From a virus (taxonomy: Duplodnaviria > Caudoviricetes), in IMG/VR virus record IMGVR_UViG_3300019874_000016, positions 1-37,899 of that record: DNA of 37,899 nucleotides. The stretch is one strand, 5' to 3'. This document shows positions 7,971-18,227 of the stretch, one piece after another. The notes under the pieces were generated by a model, which saw only the letters and a list, made by a program, of their open reading frames with translations, made no database searches and had not been told where the DNA came from. Each line of letters opens with the position of its first letter. The stretch's first letter is position 1. The translations under genes and the position numbers were made by a program.

Positions 7971-8909
7971 ATGTCCGTAACAACCACAAGCAACTATGGT
8001 TCGATGGCCGACAGATGGGCACATCGAGCACTATTGCAACGTTCTAAACCACGTTGCGTACATAATCTATTTGGCAGAGCGTTTACGCTTCCCCAAAAGA
8101 ATACAGATACTATGGCGTTTAGACGCCAAGAAAACTTGAACTCAGACCCAGTAGTTTTATCGCAAGATGCTGATCCAGCTCCAGAGCAAGTTAACAAGTT
8201 CGATATCAACGTTGCTATTCAAGAGTTTGGTAAAGTTGTATTGTTATCACGTAAAGTTATATTAGTTGTTGAAGATGATACAGCTAGTGAAACTGCTGAT
8301 AACTTGTCACAAACTATGCATACTATGCTTGATAAAGTAACGCGTGATGTATGGGCTAGTTCAGTTCCACAAATTTCATGCCTTAACGGTGTTAACGGCA
8401 ATGCGATCACAGAGCTTACACAAACAGACGTAAACCGTGCTATTGCTTATTTGGACGAGAATGATTCCGAGAAGATGGCTCCTGTCATCGAAGGAACTTC
8501 ACGTTATGGCACCGGGCCTGTGGAAAGCGCATACTGGGTAACTGCACACGTTAAACTTAAGCCCGATATCCGTGCTTTAGATGCGTTTGTACCTACTTCC
8601 CAATATGGCAGCCAAGAGCCTGCTCTACAAGCTGAATTCGGAGCAACCGATGAAGCTAGATGGGTAACATCTACTCTCGTTAAAGTTACCGATGCTAACC
8701 CTCCTGTATTCAGCAATACTTTTGTAGCTGCGAATGCATATGGTTATGTTGGCCTAGATGAAGTATCTACAGAGATGATCTTAAAACCTCTTGGTTTTAA
8801 TGATTACTTAAACCGTTTCCAATCTATGGGATTTACTGCATGGTTTAACGCAGCCATTTTGGATGACTCACACATCGTCACTCTATTATCAACTAAAGCT
8901 GCGGCTTAA
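7971..8909 (+). CDS. Major capsid protein, N4-gp56-like (HK97 fold)
   Basis: LPQKNTDTMAFRR, IQEFG, SQYG...EFG...RWV and D.LNRFQSMGF..W motifs; strong SD AAGGAG. Confidence 0.85.
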   Translation: MSVTTTSNYGSMADRWAHRALLQRSKPRCVHNLFGRAFTLPQKNTDTMAFRRQENLNSDPVVLSQDADPAPEQVNKFDINVAIQEFGKVVLLSRKVILVVEDDTASETADNLSQTMHTMLDKVTRDVWASSVPQISCLNGVNGNAITELTQTDVNRAIAYLDENDSEKMAPVIEGTSRYGTGPVESAYWVTAHVKLKPDIRALDAFVPTSQYGSQEPALQAEFGATDEARWVTSTLVKVTDANPPVFSNTFVAANAYGYVGLDEVSTEMILKPLGFNDYLNRFQSMGFTAWFNAAILDDSHIVTLLSTKAAA

Positions 8910-8920
8910 GGAGTAAAATT

Positions 8921-9688
8921 ATGTCTGATCTCTTTTTAGGTCAAACCTGCACAGAGTGCTATAAGTTCGTGTCAGCTGGTACAGCTCATACATTCACATT
9001 CAACTTTCAGCCTGATAAAGTTGTATTTAACAACCTATCTGATTGGACTGGAACCGCTTCCGGTAAGCCAATATCTGTTTGGTTCCGTGGTCAAACTACT
9101 GCTGCACATGCATACCAAGAGCAAGTAATTGACTCTTCGGCAGGCGCATCATTCAACTTCTTGGATACAGCTACAAACGGTTTTACCGTTGCAGATCTTC
9201 CAGGTGGTTGCCCAGAGTTTAGAGCCAACATCACTGCGGTAACTAAGGCTTTGCCTTGTGTTATTACAACTGGTGCAGCTCATAACTTCCAAACAGACCA
9301 AATCGTAAGGATCACAGACCTTGGCGATCAAATGCCTACACCAAGAGGCATGAGCCAAATTGATGGAAACAGATACGCTATCGTTGTGTTATCTGCGACT
9401 ACATTCAGCTTGAAAGATGTGATCACTGATGATCCTATTGATTCAACTGGATATGAAACATATGTAACAGGTGGACGTTGTGATATTGAGACTAGAGTAA
9501 TTAGTCTTAATAATCCACAAGTTTACCCTTATAATGTAACTCCATATGTACCAAACCAATTTAAATATAACCCAGTTACTTACCAACTATTGGCAGGAAC
9601 TAGCGTTATGGGTTCGGATGGAGATGTATTTCTCATTGAAGTCTACAAGTTTGGCGAGGTCACAGACCTTGGCGACTTAGTAGTTTAG
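8921..9688 (+). CDS. Virion structural protein with E1-FCCH-like beta domain
   Basis: ITAVTKALPCVITT..AHNF..DQIVRI...GMSQIDG...LSATTFSL...DSTGYETYVTGG. Confidence 0.7.
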   Translation: MSDLFLGQTCTECYKFVSAGTAHTFTFNFQPDKVVFNNLSDWTGTASGKPISVWFRGQTTAAHAYQEQVIDSSAGASFNFLDTATNGFTVADLPGGCPEFRANITAVTKALPCVITTGAAHNFQTDQIVRITDLGDQMPTPRGMSQIDGNRYAIVVLSATTFSLKDVITDDPIDSTGYETYVTGGRCDIETRVISLNNPQVYPYNVTPYVPNQFKYNPVTYQLLAGTSVMGSDGDVFLIEVYKFGEVTDLGDLVV

Positions 9689-9696
9689 GGAAAACT

Positions 9697-10029
9697 ATGG
9701 GGCAAGTACCGAGAAGGTCGACAATACTAAGTGTGAGTATAGGGTATCCATGCGTTATCACAACAACTGAAGCGCACGGTTACACTTCCTTTCAGTTTGT
9801 ACGGTTGACTAATCTAAATGGATGCATGCCCCACCCTCACGGGTGTGATCAGTTAAATGGTTATCGTTTTCGCATTGTTGTTCTAGGGGACGATACATTT
9901 AAGCTTCAAGATCCCATAACGTTTGTAGATATAGATTCTACAAACTTCCCTCCGTATACTGAAGGAGGTAATTGCAATTTAATAGAACACAATTACATTT
10001 ATTATAACGATGGAAATAACAATGGCTAA
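9697..10029 (+). CDS. Stand-alone E1-FCCH-like domain protein
   Basis: Paralogous to the central domain of the upstream gene (PCVITTTEAHGY...DTFKL...IDSTNFPPYTEGG). Confidence 0.65.
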   Translation: MGQVPRRSTILSVSIGYPCVITTTEAHGYTSFQFVRLTNLNGCMPHPHGCDQLNGYRFRIVVLGDDTFKLQDPITFVDIDSTNFPPYTEGGNCNLIEHNYIYYNDGNNNG

Positions 10030-10483
10030 ACAAAAAATGGATGAACAAGAAAGAGTAAGCGAAGTTGTAGCTTCTATGGTTAGCGTGCCAGAGCCAGTAG
10101 CTATCGAAGATATGCCGTTAAATACTTTGGGGGATTATGTCAGATATAATGCCGCAGCGCGCAAAGAGAATAAAAGGCTTAAGATATGCAGACACCAGAT
10201 TAAACCATGTCCGGTGGAATTGCACCCTACAGAGCGGATTGTATTTGGTCGTAACGATCAGCCAGACAACTACCTACCAGTATATCTTAGCAATGATATG
10301 ATCGATTACAAGAATAAGCTCTATCCTGGAAAGACATACGACCTACCTAGATGCGTAGTGGAGTATCTAGCGGGTAAAGGCACTCCCATCTGGAAATGGT
10401 TCAATAATCCTGATGGATCTAAAGAGACAGGAATTTCTAGCTATACTCCTAGGTTTGCAATGAGAACAATTTACAAGGATTAA
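10010..10483 (+). CDS. Hypothetical protein (morphogenesis region; start may be 10022)
   Basis: ORF within the late operon. Confidence 0.7.
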   Translation: MEITMAKQKMDEQERVSEVVASMVSVPEPVAIEDMPLNTLGDYVRYNAAARKENKRLKICRHQIKPCPVELHPTERIVFGRNDQPDNYLPVYLSNDMIDYKNKLYPGKTYDLPRCVVEYLAGKGTPIWKWFNNPDGSKETGISSYTPRFAMRTIYKD

Positions 10484-10484
10484 T

Positions 10485-11183
10485 ATGGCCGTTCAAAGAC
10501 TCTTGTCTGATTGCTTAAGAATAATGATGTTAGCAATATCTAGAAGGAACGCTAATGATCCTGATTCTAGTCAAAGTACACTATTGCAGTACATTCAAGA
10601 TTTTATAGCTTTGGCAATGTCTAACGACGTTAGAGTATTTGAACAGTTCGGAACGTTGTCTTTTGTTATAGATGAGGGTAATCCTACAGGAGTCTACACT
10701 TTTAATGAGGTAGGCGCTGATAGTGACTTTGTCACCATCTCAACAGAAGCATTTATATCCTTGCGTGATCCTATTGATAATTCTGTTTCTTGGAATCAGC
10801 TAGATATTTTCCAAGATCCTGGACAGTTCTTTGCTATGTGGGGAATCAACAATGATGAGATCCTAATCCCTGGATATCCAACCATGATGCTATTTTATGG
10901 GAACGAATTCACCTTTAGGACTATCCCTAACACTTCTTACATTGTAAAAATTTACGGCTATAAACAAGTGCCTGAATTTTCAACTGAAGGAGACCCACCT
11001 ATACCTTATGCTTATTGGCTAAGATATATCGCCTACGGGGCTGCTATGAACTATGTAAGGGATTATAACTATGATCAAGCAACTAAGATGGCTATACAGC
11101 AAGACTTCAACCATGAAAGGAAGCTTTTGCTGGCTAGAACACACAATCAGATCAAAAATTCAAGATGTTTACCAAGGTTTTAA
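10485..11183 (+). CDS. Head-tail adaptor / tail tubular protein A-like
   Basis: Position and size, plus FRTIPN..Y.V...GY and W..YIAYGAA motifs. Confidence 0.6.
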   Translation: MAVQRLLSDCLRIMMLAISRRNANDPDSSQSTLLQYIQDFIALAMSNDVRVFEQFGTLSFVIDEGNPTGVYTFNEVGADSDFVTISTEAFISLRDPIDNSVSWNQLDIFQDPGQFFAMWGINNDEILIPGYPTMMLFYGNEFTFRTIPNTSYIVKIYGYKQVPEFSTEGDPPIPYAYWLRYIAYGAAMNYVRDYNYDQATKMAIQQDFNHERKLLLARTHNQIKNSRCLPRF

Positions 11184-11184
11184 T

Positions 11185-11364
11185 ATGGCATTCGGCAATT
11201 GGATATCAGGCGCGATTAAAAAGAAAGGCGCTCTTCACAAGGAACTCGGAGTTCCTCAGGGTAAGAAAATACCTTCTAAGAAGATAAAGACAGCCGCTAA
11301 AAAGGGTGGCAAGCTAGGTGAGAGAGCAAGATTAGCAGAAACATTATCTAAATTTAGGAAATAA
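11185..11364 (+). CDS. Small basic phage protein (59 aa)
   Basis: MAFGNWISGAIKKKGALHKELGVPQGKKIP...RARLAETL; ATG 2 nt after the upstream stop. Confidence 0.75.
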   Translation: MAFGNWISGAIKKKGALHKELGVPQGKKIPSKKIKTAAKKGGKLGERARLAETLSKFRK

Positions 11365-11365
11365 T

Positions 11366-11584
11366 ATGAGATACAAAGAATCAATGCCTCCATCTAAGAA
11401 GATGCAGAAGCCCGCTAAAAGGGTAGCCCAGCGTAAATATACAGCTGCGGATGAAGCTTATGATAAAGCAGAAGACTTTAAAGAGAATAAAAAGAAAAAA
11501 CCTGCTGACATATCTCAAGCTCTTAATAAAGCAAAAGAAGGTTATTCTAAGAAACCTAGAGTAAAAATGTCTAAGAAGAGGTAG
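11366..11584 (+). CDS. Small Lys-rich protein
   Basis: 72 aa, coupled to its neighbours. Confidence 0.65.
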   Translation: MRYKESMPPSKKMQKPAKRVAQRKYTAADEAYDKAEDFKENKKKKPADISQALNKAKEGYSKKPRVKMSKKR

Positions 11585-11586
11585 TT

Positions 11587-12198
11587 ATGGTTTGGAATGC
11601 AGTCTGGCCAGATGGAACAAAGTCAGTAAAAACTAATACGCCTACGGGTCAGGCTAACACTACTTATATCAAGACTACGCAGAATGTTAATCATTTCTGG
11701 GATAGAGGAGCTAACTTTGATGGATGCCACAATAGAGTGGACATGCCCAAGCAAGTTGGTAATCTAACGCCCCTAAATGCTAGCATGGATGGGGTTACAT
11801 ACTACAAGCAAGTATCAGCTTCTATACCAAGAGTTGAGACTTTCTATTGCAATTCTAATGGCGTTTATCAAGTTACTCCATCGTTTAAAACGGGAGATAT
11901 AGTAAGCATTTCTGACTCTTCATATACTAATATTACTACTGTAGATAACAATAGTTATGGATATATATACATGTTTGGAGATACTGCCAATGAAGATATG
12001 TCATTTGGATTCTTCAAATGCATACAAAACGTTGTACAATGTTATAGCTCTCTTACTAGATTTGATAATTCCAATGATGCAAAGACTAATCTTGTTTTTG
12101 GGAATGGAAGTAATGCGAGCGGCGCTAATATAAGAGCTAGAAGATCAGCTGGGCCTAATATATCATATCAATACCGCATAGTATATTGGGGTAAATAA
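11587..12198 (+). CDS. Putative tail structural protein
   Basis: Beta-rich, located in the tail module. Confidence 0.55.
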   Translation: MVWNAVWPDGTKSVKTNTPTGQANTTYIKTTQNVNHFWDRGANFDGCHNRVDMPKQVGNLTPLNASMDGVTYYKQVSASIPRVETFYCNSNGVYQVTPSFKTGDIVSISDSSYTNITTVDNNSYGYIYMFGDTANEDMSFGFFKCIQNVVQCYSSLTRFDNSNDAKTNLVFGNGSNASGANIRARRSAGPNISYQYRIVYWGK

Positions 12199-14051
12199 TG
12201 GATATCTATGAGATAGCAGGATATGCAACAGGCGTTTCTAAGGAAGGAGTTAACTTCCTAGAACCTAAGGATGCGTTCGCTGTTCTATTGAATGGATATA
12301 TTTATCGTCAACAACTGCAATCTAGACAGGGATTTAAGCATTTTGGAAATAGATTGTTAGATGGCAGTAGAGTTATGGGAATATTTGAACATACTCTTCC
12401 TAATGATACTAAAGACCTGTTAGTTATAACTAAAGAGTATCTTTATAAATACAATGACATTACTAATGTATTTGATCAAGTTCCTTTTACAAGTTCAGAT
12501 CCTATCACTAGTTTCCTTATACCTTCTAACGATGATTACGTTTCTGGTACTTCATATCCTGAGCCTGACGGTTCGCAAAGGTTTGTATTTACTGGTAAGG
12601 GGATGTCGGACATCTACTTCTACGATGGATCGGGAGTAAAAAGGTTCACTAACGCTACAGACAACACAGATTATCAAGCGCCAGCAGCAGGTACTTTGAC
12701 TAGGGCTACATACGTAGCATGGTTCGGAGAGCGGCTTAACTTCTTTGTTCCAGTAATAGCAGGTCAACAGCAATCACAGATGGTTCTTTACTCTGGTATT
12801 AGAAATATCGCAGGCAATGGAGACAAGTTTAATGTTCCTGGTTCAGGAGATCTATCAGCAGATACCTACGAGTACATGACAGGAGCCGTTATAGCAGGCG
12901 ATTATATGCTGCTGAACTTTAATAGATCATCTTGGACACTTGAAAAGACTAGGGATGCTTTTAACCCTTACTTTATACGCAGAATACCATCAGTTTTAGG
13001 CACAGATGCTCAATTTAGCGCTGTTACATGGAACAATCAGACTCAATCCATTGGCAAGACAGGAATATTAAACTCTGATGGCAAGCAATCTCTTAGAAGC
13101 GACAACAAGATTCCTAACTTTACGGCTGATGATATCGATCAGGCAGAATTTAATCTTACGTATGGTGGATTTGATAGGGTAAATTCTCAATTCCTATTCG
13201 CTTATCTAGGAGCTTTATCTAATTCATCTGTACTCACACAAGATCAAGTGCTCGTCAATAATTACGAAGAAGGGACATGGTCTATATACGATCAAAGATT
13301 CTCCGTATTTGGACAAACTGACAAAGGTATTGATTTAGCTTGGGATGATATTGATGAAACACAAGATCCTTCGTGGGGTCAAATGGATACCACAGAAGAG
13401 ATATGGAATAAGATTGGCATAAGTGCGACTGTACAAAAAACTCTTGCAGGAGATAATTACGGTTTTGTTTACGAATTAAATGCAGATTATGATGATTATT
13501 TTGTAGAGATAACTAACATAACTAATGCTTCATCCGCTGTTATAACGGTTGCCGAGTCAGCTTTTGCAGTAGGGGATATAGTTTCTTTTGATAGTGTAGA
13601 GGGAATGACACAGATCAACGGCCTAAAAGCCACTATCCTTGCAGCTACACTTACAAGCATTACCGTTAATCTAGATACCACGTTATTTGACGCATATACT
13701 ATGGGTGGTACTTTATCTAAGGTTATCAGCTTCTATGCAGAGACTGTGCCTTTTAATCCCTACAGAAGCCAAGGATATCGATGCTATGTATCGCATGTAG
13801 AGTTCTTGATAGATACTAACGGTGGAAATCTAATGATAGATATCTATGAGGATGAGGAAGAGGCTCCATTCAAGGCAAATGTGCTATTGCAGCCTGTAGG
13901 TACAAATAAGGCTCGGGAATGGATCACATGCATAGTGAATCAAGAGGCTAACTTCCTGACGTTTGCAATGAGTCAGCAGAATCCCTCTACTCAAGTTATA
14001 GTAACAAGCATACGAATCCATTGTGAAGTGGGAGGCTTAACTAGCTCATAA
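12198..14051 (+). CDS. Tail tubular protein B / DNA-stabilisation (nozzle) protein with inserted FCCH-like domain
   Basis: 617 aa, beta-propeller-like, in the podovirus nozzle position; FCCH-like segment ITNITNASSAVIT...GMTQING...DTTLFDAYTMGG. Confidence 0.65.
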   Translation: MDIYEIAGYATGVSKEGVNFLEPKDAFAVLLNGYIYRQQLQSRQGFKHFGNRLLDGSRVMGIFEHTLPNDTKDLLVITKEYLYKYNDITNVFDQVPFTSSDPITSFLIPSNDDYVSGTSYPEPDGSQRFVFTGKGMSDIYFYDGSGVKRFTNATDNTDYQAPAAGTLTRATYVAWFGERLNFFVPVIAGQQQSQMVLYSGIRNIAGNGDKFNVPGSGDLSADTYEYMTGAVIAGDYMLLNFNRSSWTLEKTRDAFNPYFIRRIPSVLGTDAQFSAVTWNNQTQSIGKTGILNSDGKQSLRSDNKIPNFTADDIDQAEFNLTYGGFDRVNSQFLFAYLGALSNSSVLTQDQVLVNNYEEGTWSIYDQRFSVFGQTDKGIDLAWDDIDETQDPSWGQMDTTEEIWNKIGISATVQKTLAGDNYGFVYELNADYDDYFVEITNITNASSAVITVAESAFAVGDIVSFDSVEGMTQINGLKATILAATLTSITVNLDTTLFDAYTMGGTLSKVISFYAETVPFNPYRSQGYRCYVSHVEFLIDTNGGNLMIDIYEDEEEAPFKANVLLQPVGTNKAREWITCIVNQEANFLTFAMSQQNPSTQVIVTSIRIHCEVGGLTSS

Positions 14052-14052
14052 T

Positions 14053-14319
14053 ATGGCAAAAATACTTGAATATTTAAACGTTGGAAATAGACAGGATATG
14101 ACAGTAGAAGAGCTTCTTCTGATCATAGAGAAAATGTACATCGATTTGGCTACGGCTATAAATCGTAAGCCAGACGTATATCAGAGGACTACAGATGGCC
14201 TTGTTAGTGATACTTTCCTGAGTAATGGGGACTTGAATATAAACTTAAATACAAACAAAGTTGAAATGTTGACCAATCATGACACTTCTACAACAGTCAT
14301 CTGGACAGCTTTAAGCTAG
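14053..14319 (+). CDS. Hypothetical virion protein
   Basis: ORF coupled within the late operon. Confidence 0.65.
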   Translation: MAKILEYLNVGNRQDMTVEELLLIIEKMYIDLATAINRKPDVYQRTTDGLVSDTFLSNGDLNINLNTNKVEMLTNHDTSTTVIWTALS

Positions 14320-14327
14320 GAGATTTT

Positions 14328-14984
14328 ATGGCATTTAGTGGAGAAGGAGCATTAGGCGGAGCAGGTACAGGAGCTACATTAGGTTCTTTTGCAGGCCCTG
14401 TTGGTAGTGCTGTAGGAGCAGGATTAGGAGCAGTTGCCGGAGGCATATTTGGACGTAAGAAAGAAACAGGATTACAGAAGAAGCAAAGAAATCTAGTAGA
14501 CGACTTACTAGCCTCTCTTAAAGGCCAAGGAACCTATAACGATCTATTCAATGCAGATGAAGCCTCATTCCAGAAGTCTTTTGTAGATCCTGCTAAGGCA
14601 AGATTTAATAATCAGATAGCACCACAAATACAGCAAAATGCTATAGCCTCTGGTCAACAAAGAGGAAGTGGACTTGATGATACTTTGACAAGAGCCGGAG
14701 TAGACTTAGATCAGCTTCTTAATGAACATTATATGAACTATCAGCAGGGCGCACAGAATAGACAATCTAGCGCTATATCTAATATCCTTGGTCAGCCAGG
14801 CTCAGGAGCACAGAGCGTAGGTGAGGGAGCTTCACAGGGGTTTGCAGGATATCTATCAAGCTCAGGATTCAAAGATGATCTTGCAAATATATTTGGAAAT
14901 AAAAAGCAACCCATAGACTCCATGACCGATACTTATAAAACAGCCAGAAAGGGTTTTGAAGCAGATCAACAGGAATATGTATGA
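14328..14984 (+). CDS. DNA ejection / pilot protein (glycine-zipper N-terminus)
   Basis: GALGGAGTGATLGS..GPVGSAVGAGLG followed by a Gln-rich region, typical of podovirus ejection proteins. Confidence 0.65.
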   Translation: MAFSGEGALGGAGTGATLGSFAGPVGSAVGAGLGAVAGGIFGRKKETGLQKKQRNLVDDLLASLKGQGTYNDLFNADEASFQKSFVDPAKARFNNQIAPQIQQNAIASGQQRGSGLDDTLTRAGVDLDQLLNEHYMNYQQGAQNRQSSAISNILGQPGSGAQSVGEGASQGFAGYLSSSGFKDDLANIFGNKKQPIDSMTDTYKTARKGFEADQQEYV

Positions 14985-17896
14985 CAACACCACCATCGTC
15001 TTTTGATATAGGAAGAGCTGTAGGTAATAACATTAGCGGAGCTTTTAAGAAGGTTCGAGAAGATACCTCTATAGATAATATATTAAGAGAAGCTGGAAAG
15101 AGTAAAGATCCTGAGGCAATAGATTTTGCCATTAATTCAATTATATCAAATGTTTCTACAGAAAGACAAAAGCCTGCACTTGATTTTCTAAATGAAAAGA
15201 AAAAAGGAATATTTAAAGAAAGAGAAGTAATGGCTAAACAGAAAGCTAATTTACTTCCTTCATTAAATAATGCTATTAAAGCACTAGATCTAGGAAAATC
15301 CTTTTCAACTGATGATAGAGATAAAATATTACAACTATCTGAAAAGTTTATTGATCAAGGGTTATCGGCTAACGATGCATCTTTAGCAGCGACTAGAACA
15401 TTTCTAGCTAAGCAAGAGCAAGATGCACAACAACAAGAAATAATTGATGAGAAGAAAAAAGAAGAAGAATCTTTTGGTAAGGCAGCTAAGAAAGTTGGCG
15501 GATCACTTCTAGAAGCATTTAATAGAGACAGTTTATTTGCTCAGTTAATGGGCAGGCAAAGAACTCCAGAGGAGATTGCAAAGGAACTAGAAAAAAATCC
15601 AGGATTTGGACAGCAAGTAGCTGCTAGTATAGGATCAACTGTTCCGGATCTTATTCCTATCATAGGTCTTACTCCTGCATTAGGAGGCCCAGGCGCGTTC
15701 GCTGTAGTAACGGCAATGAAAACAGCTGCCCAACAAATTGGAGAAGCTGCCAAAGCAGGTGAAATAGATCTACCCGGCGTTACACCAGGAACTAATTTAT
15801 TCTTTCAAGGAAATCCCTTTAAGAAAGGCGGTAGCATAGATAAGAATAGTAATATATATAATGAAAAGATGGCTAAAAGAGGTGAGAAGTTATTAAAGGA
15901 TAGTGCTTCTGCTTTAATTATGGGAAAAGTTTTGGAGACAATTCCAGGCCTTAAGCAAGCGATTGCCAAGACGCCTATCATAGGAAAGTACCTCAATAAC
16001 TATGCATCTGAACAAGCTGTTCTTCTAGGTGCCGAGGTAACCGCCTTATCAGCTATTCCTGCAATTGTAGAAGGAAGGCTTCCAACATCCCATGATTTTG
16101 CGCATGGTCTAGCTACGGTAGTTGCCTTCAAAGCGGGAGGTAAATTATCTGAAGTTGCTAGAAGTTCTATTGAATCAGCAAGATCAAAGAATCCAGCAGA
16201 AGTAAAAATATTCGATGAAGCATTTAGTAAACTTACCCCAGAAGAAGCCAAGTCAGTTGCTGAAGCAGAATCCCCTGAGCAGGTCTCTAAAGTTGTAGAG
16301 TCTGCTATGGATAGGCTAAAACTACGTAATGTAGAGGTTGTTGTTGATTCTGGTAAGTCTGGTAAAGTAGCTCAGAAGACAGAAGTACCAGAAGTAACTG
16401 GTAAGGGCAAGCTGCAACCTAAAGAAAAAGAAACATCAAAGGCTTTAGAGAAAATAGCTAAATCACCCTCAGAATATGTAGAAAAATATACAGAGAAGCA
16501 ACGCAAGCCGGAAGAAGGGCAAGAAAGGAAAACTCCTGCTGGACAAGCATCCGAAATGGCGCGAGTAGAGCGATTGCAAGTAAAAGAAAAGCAAGTTTTA
16601 GAAGACTTTAAAACAGCTAAAGAAGAAGTCGATAGAATCCATAAGGCTATAAAAGAGGCTAAGCCAGAGAATAAGGTTAAACTAGAAACAAATGCCTTAT
16701 ATGCTCAACGAGAGGCTGCAAAACTTAGAGAAAGCCTAAGAGATATTAAGCACGAGATGAAATGGGGACGCCCTCGGCCTACTCCTGAAGCTTTAGAATT
16801 ACAAATCTCTGAATCTTTTAAGGGAATGCAGGAAGATATAAAAAACCCAGTAGAAAAAGATGCTAAACAGATAGCTAAGATCGAGAAACAAATAGAGACT
16901 CTTAAAAAAGATCTAGAAATAGCGCAGGATTTGACAGAAAGAGGGGAGCTTCCAAAAGTAGATTATGAGGATACTTACGTACGTGTAGAAAAGCAATATG
17001 CAGATGCTTACAAAGATATGATTGAAAAAGTTTCTAACGAGATAGAGGATCTAAAAGGATCTAAAGAACCGAATGAAGTTAAGCAACTGAAAGATCTGAA
17101 TGAGTTTAGAGATAGGCTAAAGAGTAGGCTGAAGCATAATGAAGCTAAGACAACCATTCAGAAGGATAAAATTAGAGGAAAGAATCTTCTTAAGGGAGCT
17201 AAGGGAGCTTTTAATAAGCAATTATTAAAACAAATGAGACAAGATGTTGCTGAATTGCAAAGAGAATATTTTGAGCATAGGAAATTACTAGGAAATGAAG
17301 AGATAAAAACTTCAAAAGCCGCTAAAAATGCTATAGATAAACTTGTAAATGAGTATGTGAAAGATCCTTCCGATGCTAATGCACAGAAAGTTTCCAAGGA
17401 AAGTGGCGTTCCTAAAGCTGAAGTAGTGAAAGCAAAAGAATCTCTAAGTGATGTAATCAAGAAAAATGCTGAAGCAGCAAAAGATCCTACACCAGATAAA
17501 ATTAAAGAAGCTAAAAAATCAGAACTAAAAGCTAAGCAGATAATAGATAAAATATTCAGCAAATATAGTAACAATAAAGGAAAGATTTTTGTTGGAGGAA
17601 TAATATCTTCTTTAATCGGAGGAATCATCGACGAATCCTTTGATAAAGATCAAGCTAAGACATTAAAGGTGCCTCTAAAAATACTTTCAGGATTGGGAAA
17701 ATTTACATCTTATTCCACTTTTGGATTAGGTAAGGCGTTGCAAGATTTCATGAAGAGTTCTTTTGATGATTCAAGATTAGAAGAATTTAAGAAATCTAGC
17801 CCTCTTAAGAGAAATCAATTGATGAAAGAATGGAGAAAGAAGTATGGGGAAACTAGGGCTAACAGAATTTATAAGAGATGGAAAGAAGACCACTAA
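14981..17896 (+). CDS. Large internal virion / ejection protein
   Basis: 971 aa, helical and Lys/Glu-rich with hydrophobic Gly-rich segments; follows the pilot protein. Confidence 0.6.
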   Translation: MTTPPSSFDIGRAVGNNISGAFKKVREDTSIDNILREAGKSKDPEAIDFAINSIISNVSTERQKPALDFLNEKKKGIFKEREVMAKQKANLLPSLNNAIKALDLGKSFSTDDRDKILQLSEKFIDQGLSANDASLAATRTFLAKQEQDAQQQEIIDEKKKEEESFGKAAKKVGGSLLEAFNRDSLFAQLMGRQRTPEEIAKELEKNPGFGQQVAASIGSTVPDLIPIIGLTPALGGPGAFAVVTAMKTAAQQIGEAAKAGEIDLPGVTPGTNLFFQGNPFKKGGSIDKNSNIYNEKMAKRGEKLLKDSASALIMGKVLETIPGLKQAIAKTPIIGKYLNNYASEQAVLLGAEVTALSAIPAIVEGRLPTSHDFAHGLATVVAFKAGGKLSEVARSSIESARSKNPAEVKIFDEAFSKLTPEEAKSVAEAESPEQVSKVVESAMDRLKLRNVEVVVDSGKSGKVAQKTEVPEVTGKGKLQPKEKETSKALEKIAKSPSEYVEKYTEKQRKPEEGQERKTPAGQASEMARVERLQVKEKQVLEDFKTAKEEVDRIHKAIKEAKPENKVKLETNALYAQREAAKLRESLRDIKHEMKWGRPRPTPEALELQISESFKGMQEDIKNPVEKDAKQIAKIEKQIETLKKDLEIAQDLTERGELPKVDYEDTYVRVEKQYADAYKDMIEKVSNEIEDLKGSKEPNEVKQLKDLNEFRDRLKSRLKHNEAKTTIQKDKIRGKNLLKGAKGAFNKQLLKQMRQDVAELQREYFEHRKLLGNEEIKTSKAAKNAIDKLVNEYVKDPSDANAQKVSKESGVPKAEVVKAKESLSDVIKKNAEAAKDPTPDKIKEAKKSELKAKQIIDKIFSKYSNNKGKIFVGGIISSLIGGIIDESFDKDQAKTLKVPLKILSGLGKFTSYSTFGLGKALQDFMKSSFDDSRLEEFKKSSPLKRNQLMKEWRKKYGETRANRIYKRWKEDH

Positions 17897-17909
17897 TTCT
17901 AGTGGTCTT
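17886..17909. terminator. Bidirectional hairpin terminator between convergent genes
   Basis: AAGACCACTA-ATTC-TAGTGGTCTT perfect 10-bp stem containing both stop codons; T-rich on both strands. Confidence 0.6.
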
Positions 17910-18120
17910 TATTCTTTAGAGCTACCGTTTTTTTAGCTACTAAATCTGCAAAATCATGAAATAATCCTAATACCATAATATATGCAACGAAAGCACCAAT
18001 CGCATATAATAACAATGTAACAACCATTTCAACTAATCCAGATATCCATATGTAATATAATGCTGGAATTCCTATAACTAAACCTAAGAAAATAAAATCA
18101 TCTTTGAATTTTTTAAACAT
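17899..18120 (-). CDS. Two-TM membrane protein
   Basis: Long hydrophobic stretch; SD AGGAG. Confidence 0.7.
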   Translation of the reverse strand: MFKKFKDDFIFLGLVIGIPALYYIWISGLVEMVVTLLLYAIGAFVAYIMVLGLFHDFADLVAKKTVALKNKDH

Positions 18121-18154
18121 AATTCTCCTATTTTTCCATTCTATTTTATAAAAA

Positions 18155-18227
18155 CTAGGGAAGCAGGGCTCGAACCTGCGACAGCCAAATTAACAGTTTG
18201 GAGCTCTACCAACTGAGCTATTCCCTA
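18155..18227 (-). tRNA. tRNA-Asn (GTT)
   Basis: TAGGGAA TA GCTC AGTTGGTA GAGC T CCAAA CTGTTAA TTTGG CTGTC GCAGG TTCGAGC CCTGC TTCCCTA G forms a full cloverleaf with U1-A72 and G73; CCA not encoded. Confidence 0.95.

Noticed and set aside
18155-18227. tRNA-Asn as attP
   Set aside because: It is a full-length tRNA 12 kb from the integrase, and integration there would split the virion operon.
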